DNA of 64,000 bases from Syncephalis fuscata S228 (GCA_025786725.1 JAHLTZ010000003.1:620001-684000); one strand, 5' to 3'. Shown: positions 15,723 to 28,236, counted from the first letter of the stretch. The notes: a model not told the origin generated them from the sequence alone. Translations and numbers: made by a program.

Positions 15723-16445
15723 TATATACTTGCGAATAAAGATGGTATGCAGTGGTTGAATAGAATAGAATAAAGATAGTGGTCGTCTTGTACAAGTCGA
15801 TAATGGCGAGATGGACATGTGCTTTCCTCAATCACTTAATCACTCACTCGCTTATTTCGTATTTTAATATGTGTGTGTGTAAATCATTTTATTTGTATTG
15901 ACGCATTCTGACTGCATCCTTTTACTTGTCTGCGTGCATTTGATTAATATTCATTATATCTCCCAAAACAGCAAGAACGTCATCGTTGCTGTGACTTTTG
16001 CATCTATGTGCTGTACCACTTCTCAACTACGTGTACACTTGTAGGTCCTTCTTTTCAAACAAGTCTATGCTCCTCATCTAGTTGTCATTGCAGTTGACAA
16101 ACAAGCTGAGCGTAGTGGCGAGTAACTCTCCAGTCAATGCTATTTGTTCTTTTTATGAAGTGACCACTGACCCGCGTGCTTCTTCCATTCACGGTATTCT
16201 TCCTCTTCCCCTTTTTCACGCATGTTAGCGTTCCTGTGTGTATCTGCATTTCTCTATTCAACGATTGCTTTTAAGGCTAGTACTTGCACGTTCTAGAGTC
16301 GTTGTCCAACGAATTGTTTCAAGTTGGTACTATCCTTCTTTTTCGTCAAGCAATTCCCTCTTTTCTTTCTTTCCACTCTACGCTTTGTGCATACGTCGTT
16401 TACTTATTGATGGCTCGCTACACTTTATGCAGTAATGCAGGCAGT

Positions 16446-18172
16446 ATGCGGTTATGCATGTTAATAGTTGTTGCTGCCGTGCTATTGCTATCACTTCTGG
16501 CAGCAGACAATCTACTTGTTACAGCAAGGGCCACTGGCGTAATTGCTCCTTTGACATCCAGGACCGACTTACCGGCTTCACTATCGCTTCCTAGCGACGG
16601 TAACGATGCTAATAACAACAACGGCAGCAATAACAAGAATAGCAACAACAACAACAGCCACGATTATATTGACCAGTATATTAGCTATGACAGTAGTGAT
16701 AACAATAGCGAGGATCCAAAAGACCCAAAAGGTTATATATCAGTGCCATTGTATGCGCTTGTTACGCAACTGGCATCAACAAGCTTTATTGGTATGATTT
16801 GTTTTCTCTTATTTTGTGCTTCTCGCACTCGTTGGCCTACATTATACGCACCCAAAGAGATTGCACAGTAAGTTGGTTACGATAATATTGGTATTGCCAA
16901 GAACAATGGCCAATTAAATTAAATTAAATTAATTAATAATTTTTCTTTGTTATTTTAGTACAATTACACCAATTTCCTACTTGCCAAAAACATTTTTTGG
17001 ATGGATATCAAGTGTTTTAAGATTGCGAGAAAGCCAGGTCCTGGCCGTTCTGGGTCCTGATGCTGTTATGGTAGGTATTAATGATAACAAGTAGTAATAA
17101 TTATTGCTATTAAGCTAATTTATTACAATATTAGTTTCTTCGCTTATGGCATCTAGGCGCCCGTCTATTTGGTATACTTAGTGCTTGTGGCATTCTATTA
17201 ATAATGCCGGCCAATCTTGTGGCTAGCTATTACGGTGCCAATCATAGTGATGCCAGCCATGTACCATTATCAATGGATATTGTGCCATTCAACTCGCCAT
17301 TTTTAGTGCTACATATGCTGTTTATTTATTTCTTCACAGCAATAGCCTGCCATTATCTCCACAGAGAATATGTGGCATTTGTTACATTACGACGCCATTT
17401 TCTTGTTCGAACCAATCCTGGTGTACACACTCGCACGGTAATGGTTACTGGATTGCCATCTGATTTGCGCACCAGTGACAGTGTAGCTCTACGTAACTTT
17501 TTTGAAGGACTAGGTGTTGGCAAAGTACAACGAGCATGTGTTATGCCAATGACCGCTCATTTAGAATTAGCACTACATGAACGTGCTCAGATTCTACGTT
17601 CCTTGGAGAAAGCATACGTTAAATGGATCAACAAACGGCAACGAGCCGAATACCGCTATCAAGCTTCACGACATCAATTAAGTTCTGGTGAAGCATCGGC
17701 ATTGATTCGATCAGCAAGTACTTCATCTAGACCCATTATTCGTACACGATTTAGCGATGGCGATGATAGTGTTAGCTGTTTTCAATGGCTAACCTGTGGA
17801 TTGTTAAGTTGTTGTTGCTGTGGCAATTCAGAAAGTATGCAAGGCGAAATGGTGGACGCAATCGATCATTATACAAGTAAATTTAATGAGCTAGACAACC
17901 ATGTGCGTCAACTAAGACGTGGTTCGTTTGAACCATCCAGTACCGGATTTGTAACATTTAAAACACAATCTAGCGCTGTAAGTAAACAATAATTAGATGG
18001 GCAACATAATGAATGGCTGCTAATAATGCAATAATCACTATATCCAAACAAATTAGAATATAGTCGCACAGACATTAAATACAGATAAGCCATTATCTTG
18101 CTTAACTAGCATGGCACCAGAATATCGTGATATGTAAGTAATTATGCTGAATTATATCTAAACTGTACTAAC

Positions 18173-18207
<35 letters not shown>

Positions 18208-19923
18208 AATAGTTATTGGCCGAATGTCACAATGCCACCAATAACTAAAGGAACACGCACAGCAATGATTCAAGCCGCGGTTACTATCGTTGTTATTACT
18301 TGGTTTTTCCCTGTTCAATGGTTACAGCAGTGACCAATTTAGAATCATTGTATGATATATTCCCATCTATTAAACCGATACTCGAACTATCACCACTTAT
18401 TCAAGGTTTGGTCGAAGGTCTTATACCAACTGTTGCCATTAGTATTATGGTTTATTTCCTCCGTACTACATTTGAACGTAAGTAAATGGTTTTAGCCATT
18501 AATACAAATCAGCTAATAATTATAATATACAATTAGAATTATCCATGGCTGAAGGACATCGTACCTACAGTGGTATTGAATTATATACCATGTCAAAGTA
18601 TGTAAATCAATTGTTTACGTTTTTTTACTTATTAAGACTATGTATTATTTAGATACTTTTTATTTCAAATGATTAATGTCTTATTGGCTAAAATGATCAC
18701 CCAATCTGCGTTGGACATTATCAATATTATTATGGATCATCCAGGCAGTATATTGGAGATTCTTGGTGGATCACTTCCAAAGGTAGATTACTAATAACAA
18801 TACAAATGACTAGTTGAATAACCAAGTAATGTTTTATCAGACGGCACCTTTCTTTATTAATTATACACTATTGCAAGGGCTTGTTGTGTTACCTGCCACT
18901 GAATTGTTGCAGATCAGCTCGATATTTACTCATCTCTTCCATATTGTTGCCTCATGGACACCGCGAGAACATGCAGAACACGATATACCACCAGCGCCAA
19001 AATACGGTTGGCTCTATCCATTGCCCACTCTTCTATTTGTAGTGGGACTGACCTTTTCCATTACTGCACCGCTTATTCTTCCTGCAACAGCTCTCTTTTT
19101 CTTTATTGGTAAACTCATCTTTTCATACCAATTTGCTCGAGTCTATCAACCAAAATACGAAGCAGGCGGTCGAGCATGGCCATTTATTTTCCGCCGTATT
19201 ATTGTCGGTTTACTGCTCTTCCAGTTAAGTACTGCCGGTTTACTTGCACTCAAGGGCAGTAAAATATACTCGCTTTTGGCTTTACCGTCAATTATTATGA
19301 CACTTTTATTTTCAAACTACTGTGTACGAGTATATGAATCGCAGTCTTCCTATTTGCCATTAGATGTGGCCAGCGGCATAGCACGACAAGAAGAGGTCCT
19401 TTATAGCAATGAGACTGATGATGAAGATGACGATAAAGCGGGCAATATACCTGAGGCTCGTCCCGCCTTCAATTCAAATAATAGCAATGCTTCAATCACT
19501 ACCACAGGATGGCAACCAGAGGCTCGACGTGGCCGAAGCAATATATTTGGATTTAATCGTCGTTCTGAAAGTAATATTCTTTTACCTGATGCTCAGGACG
19601 ACAACAATGACGGAAACGATGCCGACGATGCAGGTGAAGGCACAGCCGACAGTAATGGTTGGGGAAAACGTATTAAGCGAGTTATGAGTGCAACTACAGG
19701 TGGTTTTCCTTCAATGAGCTCGTTACGCAGCAATGCTACTCAGGTGGTTAGAAGGTCCGAGACGCAAACACAGCCACCAATGACCCATATCGACGGTGTA
19801 CTTGATACAGAACTGACGCAATATACTCATTTGGCGGTTAGAGGCGAGTTGCCGCAACCATGGCCACCAGCAGGCTTACATATTCGCTATCGCGGCGGTG
19901 TCCGATCCTTCTTCTCTCTCTAA
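16446..19923 (+). CDS. CSC1/OSCA/TMEM63 (RSN1/PHM7-like) calcium-permeable stress-gated channel
   Basis: RWPTLYAPK, FFGWI, GPDAVMFLRL, TRTVMVTGLP, TGFVTFK, MAPEYRDIYWPNV, APFFINY, YGWLYP, APLILP, YEAGGRAWP; about 7 introns; start uncertain. Confidence 0.9.
18173..18205 (+). repeat. (GATT)n intronic microsatellite
   Basis: About 8 tandem GATT units. Confidence 0.9.
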
Positions 19924-20268
19924 TGGCCACTATAGCTGTAAGAACAGCGATTTGTTCTTCTTTGTAACCACTTGCGTAAATTTTGTTAGTGTACACTAAC
20001 TCGGTCTATTTGAATCTGTTAATCAACACCTTTATACTTCACACACACATATATTGACTGCACGCGTATAAGCTTATCTATTTTTGTTATTTTGCTATAC
20101 ATGCACATATATAACAACTAGCAATGAATAGCAACGAGGCAATTACTACCTACTATGGCTGATATACCACGACAACTCGCTGTATTCTTAATATAAAAAT
20201 TAAAGCAATCGCTGCTTATTGATCATTATAGTGTTTACGTTATTTATTGTCTTTAACTTATTAAATTA

Positions 20269-21522
20269 CTAATTAGCCAACAAGTGCTGATGGCTCAATC
20301 TTACAGAAACTAATGGATATTGTCGTAGATACACGCCGGCTGCCGTAAATAACTCGGCTGTAGCTGTGTCCATACCATAGGATTGTGCATATACAACTTG
20401 TCGAATGCCCACTTGAACAATACGTTTAGCACAACCTAAAGTAGATATTGTTAATAACAATAATACTTAGTATAATATATTTACCTAAACATGGACATGT
20501 ATTGCAATAAAGTGTGCAGTCATCTCCACCTTGAATTCGCTCTCTTCCTGCCTCTAATAAGGCATTTTCCTCGGCGTGTAAACAAAGACAAGTGTCAAGT
20601 GCAGACCCACAAACAGCACCACTATTACAGCGAGCACAGCCATTCTCATTACAATTGTCAAGGCCGCGAGGTGTACCATTGTAGCCAGTAGCAATCACTC
20701 GATGGTCTTTCACCAGAATACAGCCCACACGTCGCTTCATACAGTTTGAACGAAGAGCGGCCAAGTCGGCCAAAAGCATAAAATAAGTGTCCCATCCTGG
20801 TCGTAACCATTCACCATTTACTAGGTCCAATCGTTTTACTTGATCGTACAATTCAGATACAGTAGGGAAGTGATTGGATACATGTACATCAGCATGTTGC
20901 ATTAAAGCTGAAATTGAATCAATTGATATGGTTTTAGATTCACCACCTATAGTTGGTGTAGACACGGGTGTTGGTAACAATGATGTAGATGTGTTGGGTG
21001 TTGTAATTAGCATCGACCCATAACGACTTGAATCATCATGCTTTAAAAATAATTCTAATGGAATATTGTCAAGTGTTCTGATAATACAAAAAATGATTAT
21101 AAGTATTTACTATAGTCTAACAATTGTAGTAATTATTACCGAGATTGATATCGTGCATATCGAACAAGTATCGGAGCATCAACGGAGAGAAGTAAAAAGA
21201 AAGGACGCCGCCTATTAACATAATTTAACGGTTTAAATACTATGTATTATATTAGTGCTATAACATACCGATATCGCTCTATCGTTTCTATTTCTTTTAT
21301 ATCACACGTAACAAATCGTTCTTGCCAACGCGTAGTAACATACGCTAGTAGACTTTTGTCATCATGAAATACATACTGTTGTTGTTGTTGTTGTTGTTCG
21401 TCGTGGCTAGATTCATTGACAAAGGAATCAATATCAAGACGTTTAAACCCCTCCTTCTCTACCAATAACTGTGCTATTGTATGTTTGCCACTACATAAAG
21501 GCCCAACAATACCTAGAAGCAT
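20269..21522 (-). CDS. DCD1: dCMP deaminase with N-terminal P-loop-like domain
   Basis: MLLGIVGPLCSGK; RPGWDTYFM..RSNCMKRRVGC..TGYNGTPRG..CLHAEENALLE..TCPCLGCAKRIVQ. Confidence 0.95.
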
Positions 21523-21655
21523 TGTGTATACGCGTATAATATATATAATATATATAATATAATAAAAACAGTTGAAAATCAATTAATAAAATTAAAAAAA
21601 TCTGTGCTCCGTCTTAATTAATGTAATTATATTTTTTGTTTCTTTTTTTGCTACA

Positions 21656-22648
21656 ATGTCCAACATAATCCTACCAGGCGAATCGGTTAACGTAACAATA
21701 ACTGACGACTCAATCGATACCGCGTTGCCTGTATGTCTTGGCCCTGGTTTGGAACAGACAGAGACGGAGGTACGCGCGATAAGAGGCGGCATTATCCGTA
21801 GTCAAGAAACGGCACGTAGCTGGTGGATAGAATCAAATAAGAAACGGGCAAGTAATCTAGTGGCCTCCCTTTATATCAAGTCATATTAAGTAGCAAATGC
21901 TAATATCCTTTAATGCAATGTATTTAGTATGTACCAGTATTGGGTGAGCCAGTTATTGGGCAAATTACGTCACGACATGCCGAAGAATACCGTGTCGATA
22001 TTGGCGGTGCCCATATGGCTGTATTACCTGGGCTCGCATTTGAAGGCGCCACCAAAAAGAATCGGCCCAATCTTAAAGTAAATAGCCAAATAGTAGAATT
22101 ATTAATGTAATTGTATTTATTGGTAATTGTTGTTTTATTTAAATGTTATAGGTAGGCACATTAGTCTATGCTCGAGTATCACTGGCCGATAAAGATATGG
22201 AACCAGAACTTGAGTGTATTAATCCATCCACTGGAAGAGGTGAAGGTTACGGTGAATTGACTGATGGATTTATGGTGACGTGTAGTCTAGCTCATTGTTT
22301 ACGGTAAGTTTACTTATTAAATAGCGGCACTGTATGATTAATAATAACGTTAATATAATCAGACTATTAAGACCCAATGCCGCCGCACTATCGGCCCTAG
22401 GTCAACAGATTCCATTTGAAGTGGCTGTTGGCATGAATGGACGGGTTTGGATACGTGCCGATACCATTACGCATACAATATTAGGGGCCAATACCATTAC
22501 ACGGTCCGAGGATATCTATCGCGATATTATACCGCCTACAATAAAGGACAAAGAAGATGCTATGCAAGTGGATACACAGCGAGACCATACAAAGCTAGAA
22601 CTTGATGCTTGTCGTCGGCTCGTCCGACAATTGATGCAACAGCTTTAA
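21656..22648 (+). CDS. RRP40: Exosome complex component RRP40 (S1/KH)
   Basis: KRYVP..VIG, LAFEGATKKNRPNLKVG.LVYARV, DMEPELEC, FEVAVGMNGRVW; first intron is GC-AG (21848-21927). Divergent from DCD1, about 130 bp apart. Confidence 0.95.
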
Positions 22649-22706
22649 TTCAGGATAATAGCCGTATAATAAAATAAACTAGAATAAACAATTAATTTAT
22701 AGTTGA

Positions 22707-23114
22707 TTGATAATCATTTTAACTCCCTCCCCCCAAAGCAGTAAATCATTTTATGCAATCTATTGTAATAGTTTGATTCGATTAAATTGTGTTTAAATTA
22801 TCATTCATAATAAATATTAGTATAATATAATAACATTATTATTTCCATAAAATAGAATAAATGTAACAGAACATTGTATTAGTAATAATATTAAACATTT
22901 AAATAAATAATGTAACATACTGTTTGATTTCTTTGAAACGTTGAGGCCGATTATTAATGTTGTTGACCATGTGTAGAAAGATTGATTGAATATTAATAGA
23001 AACCATTGGTCGCAATTCCATGACATTCCGCATTTGTTGGTATTGCATCTAAATGGTCTTTTCTATTTTCTAATATTATGTTATTGCAGTTTGGGCATAT
23101 CTGTGATGTAAGAT
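22707..23114 (-). mobile_element. Fanzor1 (eukaryotic TnpB) 3'-end remnant, copy 1
   Basis: Minus strand with frameshifts gives LTSQICPNC...RCNTNKC..SWNCDQ..SINIQSIFLHMVNN..RP, then ~220 nt non-coding; nearly identical to 32395-32802. Confidence 0.72.
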
Positions 23115-23873
23115 CACTATTAATATAATTGATATAAAAGTCGTTTATTAATCAGCTATTTCCCCTATAGCCAATCTGACTAAATAAATGGCATTTTGAA
23201 CAATCAATATTATAATGACAATACATATATATTAAAGCAATAATAAATATAATTAATTAAATTATTGTATTGATAATTACACATGAATTGATTAATGTTG
23301 GATATAATATTATACATGTTATAGTGATGAATAAGTGTTAATTGTCTAAAAAATTAAGCAAATGAGATAAAATAAGTGAATAAAGAAAATAAAATAAAGA
23401 GGCGCTGGACCTGTTTGTTTACTGACTGGACGAGTGGGCAGCTCAAAGTGAGATAGCAATCACTGTAAAAGGGACATGGAACAATCAAGACTAAAAGGCA
23501 GATGACGTTTACTAAATCACTATCCTCTGCTTTCCAAAGTCTAATGATTCAATGACATGATCGCTAACTATTAGTAAAATGACGCAATCCTAAGTATAGT
23601 GACTGCGCATTGTGATAAACCAGCAACTTTAATAAAATCTTCTCTTTCCTCACCTTTTACCTAGTGACAGGATTGATAAAGATCTGCCGCAAACCTTTTT
23701 CTTTACCAAGTCGCGTTTTGTCATGCACGGCTTTTTCCTCTTCCTATTTCTCGTCTCATCCACCTTCACACGCTATCAGCTTCTATCACCGCACCTCATC
23801 CTCACTCCCGTTAGCCTCTTCAATTCCGCTAGTATGTTTGGTACTGTTGGCATCTTTCTATCAATTCTGCACA

Positions 23874-25839
23874 ATGGATTTTGAAAAGATTAAACAACTC
23901 CTTGGAAGAGCGCCTCGTATCGTCCAAGGTAAGCTCATCCCAACAGCAATATACACATCTCTGCGCCTATTATGACATCTGCAAGGCGTCAAAAAGAGAA
24001 CTATGAGCTGTTTTGTGTCTCACGTCTTTCTATCTGTCATTGCTGTCAGGCTGGCGCATGAGTCTACGTGGCTCTTGTCACCCTTTATATCTCTTACTCG
24101 CTTTCTTTTTCTCGACGTCTTCGTTCTTACTCTAGCACTACCTGACCTCACCGTTGCCTGTAACCTTGTTCCTTTCTTTCTATTGCAGATCAAGATCAGC
24201 CAGTCTCAGCAGCACCTGAAGTGATGTCGGCCGTCTGGGTCAAGCTCCTTCAAGGTTCACCAAACAGTTCACGCTTTACGGAGCTGGGCATTGATAAAAT
24301 CACGAATCTCAATCAAAGCAATGATATTGCCGACCTTCGTAAAACACTTATCACCGATGTTGCTTTCAGAAACGAGCTTCAAGGTATTGATTCGTCCAAA
24401 CTCCAAGTCTACAACAACGACGAAGATGCTACCAACCAGAGAGAGCCTATTGAAGAAGATACTCCACTCTCAGAGCTTATTGAGACCGGGAAGGGCGGTA
24501 GGAAGAAGACTGCTTTGATTGTTGTAGCGCCACCCAAGCCTGGTAAGTAGCTTTGCTTTAAAGACCAGCAGTCAATACGGCTCCTTCCTCTGCCGTTCGT
24601 CCTTGCTTTACGTCTATGTAGTACTAATATTGTTTTTTTTCTGCCATTTCCAATGCATAGATGACGTCCATCCCGAAATCACAGCATTACGCAAACAGTT
24701 GTCCGACATCTCTAATTCGTCTATTAGTAAGTGAATACGTGACAGTGTGCTGCGTCAACGTCTTTGTTCACGTTCACTCATGCTGACATTATTTTTACAT
24801 TTTCATAGATGTTGGAATTGTCGTCAAGCCGGCCAAGAATGTCGTGTGCAGGTGGTCTACCGTAATAAATACGGCGACTATAGACGACTTGAAGAAAATC
24901 CTTCTTCACTATTTTCCTCAGTACAATCACAACGATTATCTGGAGTTACTTTTCTACAGAACATACACCGATAAGCCTGAAGCCATAAGCGATGACGAGG
25001 ACCTGCGCAGAATACTCAAGGTTGTCAAGACACAATCCATGACCAAGCTGATCATTTCACTAGGTACTCCAGCCAAGTCTTTTTCGACATGGACATTCAA
25101 AGATGTTATTTCTGAATATAAGTTCTCAGGATCAGCTAATGAGGGTATTTATATGTTTCCGCCGTTTACCGATATCCAAGCTGCACCGCTAAACTCTGAT
25201 CTTGAGAAGATGATGCTGGATCAGCTTATCAATGAGGTCAGATTAAGGATAAAAGTTTTAAAACTGTTTACCACAAACGAGGCAACAAGGTCGATAGTAG
25301 TCGCTTCATTTTTGGTTGCAGCGACAAATCTATTCGAAAAAGACTTGTACCTTGCATCCCAGCGAGACATTAGCGGACGCCGAGGAAATGGACCATTGGA
25401 CTTTTCGGTGCATTCGCAGAAGACACACTCTTACACTCTTGGCGTGACAGAGGTGAAGAAGGAGGATTTTCTACAAGGCGTGGCTCAGAACATTGTGCAG
25501 CTGGAATCGGCCTTAACAGAAAAGAAACGCAAGCGCGAGTTGCATGATGTTGGTGGAGAGAAAGAGTTGCCGATAAAGACGAAGTCTTACGGGATTGTTA
25601 CGGACGCAAGCGATTGGCTGTTGACTGAATGTACGCTGAATGAAGACGAAACAGTGTCGTACAGGATGACGCACCTTAAGCGGGCTATTGTATTCAATGA
25701 TAATTGGCAGGATGGTGCGAAATTTATTTTTGAAAGGCTTGTGTGGCTTTGGTCACGCATGCGGGATGAGATACCAGCACGCGAACGCTACTACAGTCAA
25801 ACGAATTTTTTATCCTACCGCAAGAGACCCGCTTTGTGA
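23874..25839 (+). CDS. Crinkler (CRN)-like protein: ubiquitin-like N-terminal header and C-terminal PD-(D/E)xK restriction-endonuclease-fold domain
   Basis: AVWVK..DIADLRK..KLQVY..TPLSEL..ALIVVAP header; NEATRS..FL, GNGPLDF, GVTEVKKEDFLQGVAQNIVQLESAL, YGIVTDA; introns ~23929-24188, 24543-24660, 24727-24808. Confidence 0.78.
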
Positions 25840-26392
25840 TCGTTCACTGCTGCAACAAATCGCGCTTACACCACATCTATTACATTTCACCTGCACATCA
25901 CACTGCAACAGATTGCGCTTTTAACACATCTACCACGTCTCCACTACGCTACCTGCAAATTAACATGTATAAAATACCTTGCAAATAAAAATTCATTGCT
26001 CTAAGCTGTGTCTCGCACATTCTGTTCCATTCCGTATTGTATTTATTTACCGTCAACTTCAAGTTGCTCAGCATATTTGTTTATCAAACAAGTTATAACA
26101 ACAGGCCTTTTGTATTTTATTCTAATATTACTCTATTTTTATAATGTTTCAAAACACCATCTGGACTTGTTCTATTGATTCACGTTGTATTCTAACAATA
26201 CAATCAATACAATAAACGTTCTGTTGATACTACAACATAATCATAGGTTTAAATAGAGCACAGAATATGCATAAATAGTCAGCGATATTACCATCACACT
26301 CTAATCTTCAGCAAATAAGCATTTTCACCTACTCTATATCAATTCTATTTCACTATTCATTTTACTTTTCTGTTTTAACAAACAATATCACC

Positions 26393-27348
26393 ATGCGACT
26401 TTTTATTGCCATCTTCTGCGTTCTTTTTGTGGCTTTTGTGGCTAATACAAACATAGTAGATGCTACTCCAACTCTAACCCGGCGTGGTACGTTACAATTA
26501 CAATATATTTTATAGAGCTATGCTTATAGTATATAATTAACCAATGATGTTGTTAGGCGGTAAGTCGCAACTATGTAGCGTCGGTTATATGTTAACTGGC
26601 GATTCAATTAAACATTGCTTTTTATTAAACTAAAACTAATAGAAAGTAAGTACCATGCTCCATTAATTACATATACACTAATTTCATATTGCCTCTATGT
26701 ATCAATAATTTACTATTACCAGAACGTAAGTAGTATTGCATATTGGTTGTTTATCCTCTAATCACAAACTATGTATCGTATTCATTAACAATTTAATGTT
26801 AAAAGGCTGTAAGTAATACTGTATATTAGTTGACCACGTATTAAATAAATCCTATATGATATTTGTATTAAAAACTTAATATAATAGGTCGTAAGTTGTA
26901 TTGTATATTAATTAGCTACGCACTAATTGCATATTGTACACTTTGTGCATTAATAATTTAATATGGATAGCTTGTAAGTGGTATTGCATACTGATTAAAT
27001 ATGTGCTAATTACAATTTGTTTATTATGCATATTGGCAAATTAACATTGATAGATAGTAAGTGATATTGCATGTATATTATTCGTGTCAATAATTTAATG
27101 TTAATAGTTAGTAAGTTGTATTATATGTCAACTAGCTATGTACTAATTATATGATATGTATTTTGTTTATTGACAAATTGATTTGATAGATTGTAAGTGT
27201 TTTTACATGGAAATTAATTATTTACTAAATATATACTCACTATTTGCATCAAAAACTTAATATTAATAGGTTGTAAGTAGAATTACATATTATTGTTTTA
27301 TGAATTAATTATATGTCATTTGCTATGTGTATATATATAAACATAGAA
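26393..27348 (+). CDS. Micro-exon gene: 41-aa secreted prepropeptide MRLFIAIFCVLFVAFVANTNIVDATPTLTRRGEKRCPYINC; 12 exons, ten of them 3 nt long
   Basis: Exon 1 is 26393-26486. Micro-exons: GCG 26557-9, AAA 26643-5, AAC 26723-5, GCT 26806-8, GTC 26888-90, CTT 26971-3, ATA 27054-6, TTA 27108-10, ATT 27190-2, GTT 27270-2, each as AG-NNN-GTAAGT. The last exon starts at 27347 (AATAA) and completes TAA. Confidence 0.88.
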
Positions 27349-28236
27349 TAACTGATACACGCAAGACATTAACATTAGTAGCGTAATTAGACTGCAGCCT
27401 AATTTATTTTAAATACATATTTGAAAAGCAAAAACCACTGACACCTATGCCATTTAGACCATCCAAATATTAAATTTTAGCCAACTCTCTGGTTTATTCA
27501 TCTATGTAGACTTGTTTGAGTAAATACAAGTTTGTTTTAATTGTATTTAGCAATCTGTTACATTTTGTTCAGTGTTTATTTACATTCAATGATCAGCAGT
27601 GATTAATTAACTAAGTAAATTAACAGCAAATTTATACAAATATACTTTGTTTCAAATATATATACACGGCTGTTCCAATATTGATATTAAAATAGCAATA
27701 TTTTATTTGAATAGTGTGACAATATCCACTAACAATGTAATCAGCTGTACTAATTTGAAAAATGCCATACAGCCAAAGAGCTATAATATTGGTAAAAGTA
27801 TAGTAATACTTCATTATTCGCTTTGAATCTATGTATATTGTTATAAAACAGGCGTTATAGTATTGAATATTGCACAATTATTACGTCTACGATGCTAAGA
27901 ATAGTGCTGCTTAGTTAAAACTATTACCAAATTATGTGTTAAACGAATTAAGTGCGTACACTAATAAATAATCATGCTAGTGACAATTAATAGATACCAT
28001 GAAAAAGAAGACTAATTAGAAGATAAAGCAATATACTTAAAAATAAGCAGTGAATGTATTGGAATAAATAAATGATGTAAAATAGTTGACACTTCGAATC
28101 AAATAGTGTAATTAAATCTTTTTATTATGATCTAATATGAGCATCACTGAATAAATGGTCCAATGTGAATTGCACACTTGAATATAAGTTTTTATTCTTT
28201 TTATATATAGTAAATATGCAATTTTAAGCCGATATT

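Noticed and set aside
21903-21915. ATATCCTTTAAT resembling a U12 donor or branch site
   Set aside because: It lies inside an intron with a U2-type GCAAGT donor and a CTAAT branch site, which already restores RRP40.
22707-22714. TTGAT/TCAA at the Fanzor repeat boundary resembling the IS200/IS605 TAM or right end
   Set aside because: A 4-5-nt match in AT-rich DNA, with no Y1 transposase or subterminal hairpin identified.
26550-27350. ~83-bp periodic array read as a CRISPR array or satellite
   Set aside because: The conserved parts are spliceosomal signals (AG, GTAAGT), there are no identical repeats with unique spacers and no cas genes, and the context is eukaryotic.
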